In this document: in pieces, positions 1 to 10,400 of the stretch
Position numbering within the stretch: the stretch's first letter is position 1
How the letters are laid out: the number at the start of each line of letters is the position of its first letter
Program-made: the position numbers and the translations under genes
Notes under the pieces: generated by a model
What the model saw: only the letters and a program-made list of their open reading frames with translations
The model's database searches: none
Told to the model about the DNA's origin: nothing
IMG/VR virus record: IMGVR_UViG_3300031857_000130
Location: 3,562 to 67,561 of that record
From: a virus
DNA: 64,000 bases
Direction: 5' to 3' (one strand)

Positions 1-71
1 AGCCTCGCTACACAGGGAAGGCAGTTGTCGACGATGCGATGAACAAGAAAAAGGCCAAAGCGTAATCCTAT

Positions 72-1478
72 ATGCCCGTCATCTCTCTGCCAGAATACCT
101 TGGAATTTCGGAGGCTCCGCAGCAGCCAGTTTTTCAACGCACGCGCCAAGTCGAGCCTGATTCACCTTGGGCGCGAACGATGCAGGTGGCAGACTCGTTG
201 ACGGCGCTTCGCAACCAGCGTCCAATGGCTCAAATTCAGGCGATTCAGAACGAATACGACATGATTCGGGAGAACGCCGAAAAGCTGCGCAGGGAGCGTG
301 AAGCGGCGATGCAGGCTGAGCAGGCAGTTGGTGCTCTATTTGACGTGGACGGACAGAAACCAGACTATCTGGAGCGCAAGCAGGCCGTGCTGAAGCAGTT
401 CCCGATGGCGCAATTCGACCCGCGTGTTCAAAATTACATCGAGAATAACGACAGGATGTTTGACGCCCAACAGAAGGCGGAAGCGCGTCGTCAGGAGGAG
501 ATTACCACCCGTGCGGCTGATCTTGTTCGCAAGGGTGGAATTGACATCGCCAAGGCTCAGGAGGCTGCAAAAAGCCCGCTCACTGCCGCGCAATTGGAGT
601 ATCAATTTGGAAAGCCAACATCGTCCAATATCGGGCGATTGGAGAAAGCCCTTGGAACCGTTCAAGACCTCATCAAATCGGTGCCGGAAGAAGAGCGTTA
701 CGACTTTGTTGATGGCAAGCAGATTGTGCGTCCTGAGTTCAAGACGCTCCTCGACAGGCAGAAGAAGTATGCCGACATGTATTTCAACGAGGTTGAGGGC
801 ATCTCGCCGCAACAGGAAGCTCCAACAGCAACACCTACCGCTCCTGCCACGCCATCTGTTGCTCCAGCGGCTACGGTTACGCCGCCTGCGCCCAAGGTGG
901 ATTTTGATGCAGCCACCAAAGCTCGATTGGCTGAAGTTCCAGCGGATGAACTTGCTGGTGCCATTGAAAAAGAAAAAGCCAAGGCCAAGGAGGTTGATGA
1001 AATCAATCAGGTGTGGCAGAAGGCCAAAGAATCTATTGAGGGTAAGCTGAAAAATGTTCTTCCTGACAAGGATATTGGCTTTGGAATTAACCCATTGGAA
1101 CAATTCGCGTTGCAGGTTTTGTCTGGAAAGACCGTCATTGATCCAAACATTCAAATCAAAGGCGGTGGAGCGCCTGTTCCGGGCGGCTTTATTCCGGCTG
1201 CCGTTCCTGTTCAGCGCAAAGTTTTGGAAAAACTTGGCCTATCCCCCGGCGATGCTGTGTTTACAGAACCGGGAGAAAAGAGAAAATCATTCTTCGGCCT
1301 TATTGGAACTCAAGATGTTACCTACGATGAACTTGTGAAAGATTGGGCTGAAAAGTTTGCGGCGCAACGCGGCTTGACAGATGGAGCGCCATCAGCCAAG
1401 CAAATCGCACCCGAAGCTCGCCAAAAAGCTCTCTCAAAAGTAATGGAAAAAGTTGAACAAGGAGCGCCCGTAAAGTAG
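72..1478 (+). CDS. Putative internal virion/ejection protein
   Basis: 468-aa Ala/Gln/Glu-rich helical ORF with a Pro/Thr linker, immediately upstream of the giant protein; call is positional. Confidence 0.5.
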   Translation: MPVISLPEYLGISEAPQQPVFQRTRQVEPDSPWARTMQVADSLTALRNQRPMAQIQAIQNEYDMIRENAEKLRREREAAMQAEQAVGALFDVDGQKPDYLERKQAVLKQFPMAQFDPRVQNYIENNDRMFDAQQKAEARRQEEITTRAADLVRKGGIDIAKAQEAAKSPLTAAQLEYQFGKPTSSNIGRLEKALGTVQDLIKSVPEEERYDFVDGKQIVRPEFKTLLDRQKKYADMYFNEVEGISPQQEAPTATPTAPATPSVAPAATVTPPAPKVDFDAATKARLAEVPADELAGAIEKEKAKAKEVDEINQVWQKAKESIEGKLKNVLPDKDIGFGINPLEQFALQVLSGKTVIDPNIQIKGGGAPVPGGFIPAAVPVQRKVLEKLGLSPGDAVFTEPGEKRKSFFGLIGTQDVTYDELVKDWAEKFAAQRGLTDGAPSAKQIAPEARQKALSKVMEKVEQGAPVK

Positions 1479-1487
1479 GCTTGGGTC

Positions 1488-4400
1488 ATGCCTCAATGGT
1501 ACGAAATCACCCGCTCCGAGGATTATCAAACCCTCGCTCCTGAAGAAAAAGCTCAAGCCAAGGCTCGCTTTTTTGAAAAGCAAATCTTGCCGTCATTGCA
1601 GAGCGATGACGAGTTGAATAACAATGAGGCAATTCAATATGCCTACGAGAAGTTTATGCAACTTCCCGACGACACGGGCCAAGGATATGTAACCTCCATG
1701 CTTGGCGCTGCTGGACGCGGATTTGGCGAAATGGTTCCGGGCGCTATTGAGGGCGTTGGTGCATTGACGGGAAGTGAAGGCTTGCGTGAAGCTGGTCAAT
1801 CTCTTCGCGGCACGCTTGAAGAAGTTGCCCCCGTAAACCCCATCTACGCCGAGTCTGTTCCCGTTAAACTTGCTGGTGTTGGTGGTCAGGCGTTGTCCAT
1901 GCTTGCTACGGCTGGCGCTGGTGGCGCTGCTGGAAAAGCCCTTGGTGGTGTTGGCGCTGTCGGCAAAGGCGCTCAAGGTGCCGCTCTTGGTTCAGCCTTC
2001 TTACAGGGTGCTGCTGGCGGTGCGCGTGAAGCCGAGCAATACGGCATGACGGGGCCGGAAGCGTATCTCAAGACCTTGGCTGGTGGCATGACTGAGGCTG
2101 GTACAGAGCTTCTTCCATTCGGCATGGCGTCTGAAACAGCATTGGCTAAGCGCATGTTTGCTGGTGCTCCTAGGGCCACAACCTTTGCTGGCGCTGTTGG
2201 CTCGGAATTTGGTGAAGAATCCCTTGGTCAAATAGCGTCGAACATCACGACAAAAGCACTTGCTCCCGCAGGAGTTGAAACGCCGGGAATCACCGAGGGC
2301 GCTCTTGAAGCTGGCCTTTATGGCGCGTTTGGAGGTGGCGTCATGGGTGGCATCAATGCCTTGATTCCAACGGCACCTGAAAAACAGACCGCAGAGCAAA
2401 AGCAATGGCAGGCTGAAATCAACGCCACTCCGGTTGATGTTTCTCCTCCAATTACACCAGAAGAAAGCCAGAAGAATGCCACGGAAGGCGGGATTCCAGT
2501 CGTTACGCCGGATGGTGCCGTAAGCTGGATGCCAGCAGTCAGCCAAGCGATTGCCCAGCAAGGCCCGCAACCCCAAGGAATGCCGTCCGACATTGAGCAG
2601 CGCCTCAAAGCGTTGACAGAGAATCCTGAAATCGAAGTCGCCGCAAGAACCCTGAATGAAACCAAGGATGTCCCGTTCACTGATGCAGCAGCCGAAACCG
2701 CAGCCAATATCGTCGCGCAGAACGCCGAAATCTCGATGCAGCCGCCAGTTCAGCCTGAGCAAGAGGCTGAAGCGCCTGCGGTAGTCGAAATGCCAGCGCC
2801 GACGCAAGTTGGCGAGGCACCCCTTTCCGAAGGCGCTGAACGCAATCGCGCCATCATTGCTGACGCCGCTGCGAAAATGCGCGGTCAACTGCCACCTGAA
2901 GTTTCTGCCGGACTTGAATCCGTCATTCCAGCGCAACCCACAACCCCACCAGAAGATGCCCTTCAAATCCAAATCCCAGATGAAAGCCTGCTACGCGAAA
3001 AAAGACCCGAAATGGAACTGCAAGGAATGGGCCAGCAAAACGCCCAGCCCGAAGAAGTTGCCGCAGAAGGTGAAGAAGTAATCACCCCGCAAGGGACGCC
3101 GACGCCCGCTACCGAAGGCATGTTCACGCCGGGAGGCGTTGGCAGTGAGCGGGATGCGACTAAGCCGGAGCAGATGACGCCGGAGGAATTAACGAGCATA
3201 GCAAAACAGGCAAAAGAATGGGCCTCTACCCCGATTTCAGAAATAAAAAGAAAGTACCAAGCAGAGTTTGGGGCGTCAGACGCGTACATGGCTGCCTATC
3301 CCTATGCCGCTGAGATATACCAAGAGAGACAGGTTGCTTTGTCTAAAATAACTGACAAAAAAGCACAAAAACAACACGCATCTAATATCCAGTCGGCTCT
3401 TGAAGATAGGAAGCCGGTGTCTGCCGAAGCCGTTGACACCTACGGCATTAGACTTCCAGAAGGCTACATCAAGCAGGGTGAACTCTACATCTTTCAACCG
3501 GGGGCAACTGGCGAACCAGTTCAGGCAGCGCCTTCTGCTGCACAGGCCGTGAAAGCGACCGCCCCCGGACCTGTTTCCCAAGGAGAACTTATTCTTGAGG
3601 AGACTCCAAAACAATCAGCAAGCAGGATCAAAAATAACATGACGCGCTTTGCTTCAGGCATGAGCGCAATTGGAGACTTGAGAAAAGGAACCTATGCCAG
3701 AGCAGGCCATAAAAACTATGGGGTTGGATTTGATGTTGGACTTCTATCCAAGAATGCAATTAACGAATTGGCCCAAATAATACTGAATCTTCGGACTCAA
3801 GTTTTTATTGATTCAGGAGCGTTTAGTAACTTTAAGAAGGCGATCAAGGCACCCGTTACGGGTAAAAAGGTAGAGCCTTTGAATTTTGATCAAATTCTTG
3901 CAAAATACGACGAAATTATTGCTGCCATCAATGATGCAAATCTGGTTGAGGAAACCGATTACCCAAGACCCATGTTGGTCATGCCTGATGTTATAGGCAA
4001 TCAGGCGGAGTCACTGTCATTGATTGAGAAGTATAAGAACTGGATTGCTGTTGAATCTTCAAATAGCACAAGCATTCCAATTATTCCCATTCCTTTAGGA
4101 GAATTGTCGTTATCTGTGGCATATAACCGCATCTTGGAAATTTTAGGATCAAATACCCTTGGAATTAAAATTGATCCACGCAGGTTTGTAGTTGGTATTC
4201 CATCAAATGCAGAAGCCATTAGCCGTAATGATTTGGCGAAATTCTTGAGTCAATCCAAGCCGCCACGTATTCACTTTCTTGGAGCGGCGGCTGATAAAAA
4301 TATCAATCCATTGATAGATGTAGTTGCTGAAAACTCACCAACAACTCAAGTAACCGCTGATGCCAGCAAGATTCGCTCAGCGATTCTCAAGGGGGTTTCA

Positions 4401-7400
4401 GATGGCAAAACAAGAAATCAGGCAATTTTCGACGCTCTATATCAAGAAGATGATCCTCTGGTTATTCTTGATGCTATCAAGAAGCAGATTCCCCAAACCA
4501 CAACGGTAGCCACAAACGAAACCGCCCCTCCCTCGGCTAAGGGAGAGGCGGTAGCCAGTGCTGAGCTTCAGCCCGTGGAAGGGTCGATTCCCACGGTTCC
4601 TAAAGTCTCCGCCGAAGAAACCGTAAAGTCAACAGAAAAATCCTTAGAAGCCAAGACCCCGGCTTTGGTCAATCGCCGTGTTGAGCAGATTCTCAACGCT
4701 GGCGGCAGGACGATGGTGGACGACTTGGACAAGTTCTTGAAGAGCTTGAGCGATCAGGAGTTCAACGACTTCGTTCGGAGCAACTTCTTTGAAGACCCAA
4801 GCGTGGCCATCAAGCCTACGGATAGCAGGCAGGCAAAGAACGCCAAAAGGAAGGCTGCGACTGATGCGCTGGCTCAGGGATTTATTCCGTCTCCCAAGGC
4901 TCAAAAGGAGGCCAATGCCTTTGAACAAGCAGAACGCGAGCTTGAGCAGGAGCAGCAGAAGCAAAACGCTCAGTCCATTTCCAACCTGTTTGGCCCAAAA
5001 CGCACGAATCCTGTCAGAAATCAGGTCAAGTCTGCGGATGTCGAGCAGGCAATCGGCGAACTGCAAAACTCAGGAGAGGTGCCAAGTGCCGTGTTCACAT
5101 GGCGTGGAACTTCTGCGGATATGCGTCGTGAGCGTGCCAAGTATCAGGCGCAATTCCCCGGTGCTGTGGCTGCTGCCGAGGCTGAGAATGTCGAAGGCGT
5201 GTTCGAGAACGGCATGTCGTTCATCTTCACAGACCGCGTGGTTGTCACCGATCTTGACCGCGCAAGGGCCAAGGAAGATGGCGTGACACCTGCTGTTGCC
5301 GCAGCAAAGCGTGTTTTGACGCACGAGAACATGCACAAAGGCTTCTGGCTTCTTCCTGCCAAGCAGCAGGCGCAAATCATGCGCTTCCTGCGCGAGATGT
5401 TCCCGGCAGAGGAGCTTGATGAGCTTGCGAAGGTTTACAAGCAATACGCCGACTGGAGGACTAACCCGGCGCATGAGGTCGCTCTTCTCGATGAACGCCT
5501 GCAAAAGTATATCGAGGAGACGAAAACCATCCCCACAGACGGCGTCTGGAAGCAATTCTGGGACTACATCAAGGAAATCTGGCGCAAGTGGACGGGCAAG
5601 CCAAAGGGCGAGCCTACGCTATCTAGCATGAAGGACGTTGTTCGTCTGCTTCGGGGTGCGCTCAAGAACGCTCACAAAGCTCGTCCTGATGTGACGGTGG
5701 GCGGGGATATGGTGTTGTTCTCCTATGCGGGCGAGCAAGCCATCGAGAACCTTCCTGAAGAACGCCGTCAGTTCATGCGTGATTCGCTGGACACGGCAAA
5801 GGCGATGGCGGCTGCGGGTAAGAACAGCGAGGAGATTCGCGCCGTCACCGGCTGGTTTCCCGGCAAGTACGATGGGAAGATGCGGTGGGAAGTGCCGGAT
5901 GAGGGGGCTAGATTGAGGAATACCACTGCGGACTGGAATCCACTCGAAAACTGGCTGGATCATCCAGAGTTGTTTAAAGCATACCCGAAATCCAGAAATA
6001 TCCCAGTTAGGCTGGACTCGTCCCTGAAATCTGGCGGCGTTTTTGCGGGCAATGGAATCCGCATTCATCCAGACGCCTCCGATGGGGTGTTGAATATACT
6101 CCTACACGAAGTCCAGCACTGGATTCAAGAGCAAGAGGGGTTTGCGACCGGCAGCAGTCCAGCCGCCGAACTGGCAAATCTCCCACGCGATCAAGAAGTA
6201 GCAGAAGTCGCTAGAAATCTTCGGGTGTGGTGGACTAGATCAGTGCCGCCAAGTAGGCGCGTGGAAATCAAAGACCAACTTCGAGAACGCTACGGAAGTG
6301 GCGAGTTGACTACCCTTGGGATGGAGATTCCAGATGAATCCGCTATCGAAATGCTGGAGGCTTGGGAGTCTGCGACTCAATTCATGCAGCCCCAAGAGAA
6401 AGCGGCTGCCGACGTTTTGATAAAGGCCATTTATGATTCAAGAGAAAGAGCGTTTGGGGAGACTGGCGAACAACCAACAAGTCAGCTTCGATACCTAAAC
6501 AACGCGGCTGAAATCGAAGCCCGTGATGTGCAAGCTCGTCAAAAGCTGACGCCCGAGCAACGCCGCGCCACCGCTCCATACTCCAGCGAGAACATCGCCA
6601 AGGAAGATGCAATTGTGATGTTTGGCCGCGGCACTCAGGCATCCATCTCCTACGCCTCCGAATCCGCCCAAAACAGCGCGGCAGGGCAGCAGGCAGCGCG
6701 TTCCACGTCCTACACTCCGCGTCAGCTTGAAGTGTTCTTTGGCGTGCGCAAAGCCTACGAGCAAATGCCGAAACAGAACGGGCCGTCTGTTCCGCTTTCC
6801 GAGCTTTTCAACAAGACCAGCGAGCTTGTGGACAACCTGACGCAAGCCGAGTTCGACAAGATCGTGCAGGACATGTACGCGGACAATGCGGCGCTGCAAA
6901 ACGACCAATTTGAGCCAAATTCCATCGTCATCCTTCCCACAGGCGCGATGCAGTCTCTCAGCAATCCCGCTCTTCTGACGATGGATGACGCGATTCAGCG
7001 TATCGAAGGCTTCACCGCTGACAACGAAGATGTCGATAGCTGGCCCGACGACGTTCAGCAGCGTTTTGAGGAATCGGCATACAACAGCGCGATTCAGGAT
7101 AACGACGTTCTTGCTGCATGGGAACTGGCATCACCTGACGTGCGTGATCCAAAGCTGGAGCCGTTGGTGGAGATTGCTCGCAAAGGCAGGCAGCATGATG
7201 TGGAGTGGGACAAGGTTGCCAATGGGCTTCGTGCTGCTGGCAAATACTCGATTGAGAGCGTCGATGCCGAACTCGCCAAGCGTCTCCCGCAGGACATCAT
7301 TGATGCGGCACAAGAGGACACAAGCGCGTTGGACGAATGGGTGGCATCAGACGAAGTGCTGGCAGACGCGAAGAAGCCATTCATCGCCGAGGTTGAGCAA

Positions 7401-10400
7401 CGCATTGCAGACGCCATCAAGCGTGTTGAGGACACTGGACGCTACACTTGGAACGGCTCTGAGTTTGAGCCGGTTGAGGACGAGGATGTGAGCGTGCGCT
7501 ACTCGCTTGCTGCAAGTTCTGAGGTTGCGCAGAAGGATGCCGAATACATGGCAGCCGTGGAGTCTGGCGACATGGAGAAGGCGCAGCGGATGGTGGATGC
7601 GGCGGCGAAGGCTGCTGGAACTATCTGGGATGTTGGGTCAGGTCAGATGTTCCACGGCACGCGCTCTTCTTTTACGAGGATGCGGGTTCCGGCATTCTTC
7701 TCCCCTAACCCTGAGGTTATCTATGACCAGCAGCAAGAAAACAAGACTCACGACTACGGAGACCAGATCAAATCGTTCTTTCTGTTCGGAAAAGTTAAAC
7801 AGGGCGTCGAAATGCCGGAATATACTTGGGGAGTGCGAAGTGTGGAGGATGACAGAATCGCCGTCGCGGAAGGTGAGGGGTATGACATTATTGAGCTTGT
7901 CCCTTATGGTGACACATCGGGTGGCGAAAACTCATTTTTTGTAGCTATTAACCCATCCTCCATCAAATCCGCCGACCCCGTCACCCGCGACGACGCTGGC
8001 AACGTGATCCCGCTTTCCCAGCGTTTCCAGACTACTTCGCCGGACATTCGTTACTCCTACGCTCAAACGCCAGCGCAACGCTCGGCTGTCAGCCAGTTCA
8101 AGGCGGATATTGGCGAGGCTGCAAAAGGCACCGCTGAGTTTGCCGACTACGAAGGTCGTCCGATCAAGGATTACGAGATTCTGCCGCACGCGAAGATGGC
8201 CGCAGGATTGTATCAGGATGCCGCTGCAAGGTTGCTCACAAGCCTTGAAAACGATGGGCTGACGCTGCAAGACATTTACTTGAAGCTCAAGGAGAACGAA
8301 GATTTTCGCCTAGAGCTTGGCTTGCACAAGATTGGGGGCAACATCGCTGAACTTATTTTGACGGCGCAGATTCTTCAACGCTCCAAGAACGCCATCAACA
8401 AGGCCAGAACTCCTTCACAGAAGGCGCAGGCGGAGAAGATCAGCGACACGATTGCTGATTACTTTGACGGTCTTAGCACAGAAGCAGGCCAGCTATTGCG
8501 CAGCGTTCAATACATCTACGACGACCCGCGCACCAAGTTCTCATTTGAGCAGTTGCAGACTGAGAAGAAGATGAAGAAAAACGGCACCGAGGCCGTGAAC
8601 AACAAGATGGAAGGCTCGCTGCCACAGGTGAAGGCGAATCTGTCCAATGAGATTCCGAAGGTGGACGAGCAAGCGGCTACGGCTGCTGCTAAAGAAACGG
8701 AAGCCGCCGTCGAAGAAGATCAGGACGCGATTGATTTGGCGGAAGGCGAGGCGACTTTGACCGACAAGCAAAAGAGTGCTTGGGAAAGATTCAAGGACGC
8801 CATTCGCACCAAGGGGCTGATTGCAAAAGCTCTGAAGGCCATCAGAGAGCGCAGGGATGGCAATAAAGCTCGAATGTCCATTTCTGGAGAGGCGAGAAAT
8901 GCCATATTCCAGATGACAGAAGAAGAGCTTATTGCTTTGGATAAGAAGCAGGATGAGATTATGGCGGAAGCCGAGAAAGCCTTCTTCTCGGAAGGAGATA
9001 ATACCGCCAAGGCCAAGCGCAAAAAGATGGTCAATACCGCTAAGAAGCGATCTGAGCAAGGCAAGGAAGTCGAAGCTGGCGTCAAAGACCCGACTCTTGC
9101 CAAGGTTGCACGCGCAATCAACGTGGCTCGCAAGAACATCAAAGGCCCGTCTGGCAAAGCTATCCAGTGGAAGCAGCTATTCAGCCAGAAAGGCTCCACG
9201 GTTGAGCAAGTTCGCAAGAACATCCTCGCCGAGGTGATGGACAATGAAGCCTTCCGCGACATGTCCGATGACCAGAAGAAGATGGTTGCCGATTACTTCG
9301 CTGAATCTTGGAACAGCGAGCGCGAGAAGATCATCAATGACATGATTGACAAAAATCGCGATATGCTTGCAAATCAAGACAAGAAGAAAGCCGCAAAAGC
9401 TCTTAACGACTCGCGCAATCGCATCCTTGAAGCAGTCAACCTTGGCGTTTTCGACAACGACGAGTTGGTTGCCATCCTTGGCGACAAGTTCGGCATTAAG
9501 ATGAAGTTCACCGAGGCTGAGAAGGCTAAGCTACGCGACCTTGCCGAGAAACTTCAGGACGACACGCTGAACAAGGCCAAGCGGAATAAGCTAGGACGCG
9601 AGTTCCTGATGGAGCTTGAGGCGGCTTCGCAAGTTCCGATGGCTGAGTTGATGGCGAACTTCTGGGTGTCATCGGTTCTGTCTGGCCCGAATACCATCAT
9701 CTCGATTGGCTTATCCTTCCTCAATGCCACGGGAATCAATATCGTGGGCATCCATGTGGCGAGGGCGGTTACCGCCTTTGCCAAAGGCGATGTGGCTGGT
9801 GCTATTAAAGCCATCACCACGATGTTCAGCGATTACGCGAGGCATTTGCTATCTTTCCCATCTGCTATGAATCGCGCTTGGCAGTATCTCTGGAGCGGCG
9901 ACGTGTCGTTCCTTGAGTCTGGTGCCAACGACCCATTCAAGAAGGTGAACTCGCTCAAAGAGGTTGCCCGCTATCAGGTTGTGGCTGACCTGATTGCCAA
10001 AGACCCGAATGCTGTAAAAGCCGTCTTTGGACGCTTCATGCAGTTCATGAGTCGCCTTCTGACCGCGCTTGACGGCTTCAACGTGATGGTGACGAAAGCT
10101 GGAACGCTTCACGCCGCCATGTTGCAATCCAACATCACGCCTGAGCAGATTCGGGACATCACGCTGAAGTCCGACCTCAAGATTTACAAGGATCGCATCG
10201 TCAAAAGCGAGTTTGGTGGCAATTACCCCACTAGCCTACGCGATAAGGCTTACTTGAACTCGTTGGCAGAAGCCGAGATGTATGCCGACTTGTCCAAGCT
10301 AGGACTCAAGGTTGAGAACCAAGACTATCTTGCGGCTGAATCGGCAATGACGCTTGACCCGACTGGCGTTGGCGGGCACTTCTACAATCTTGTGCGCTCT

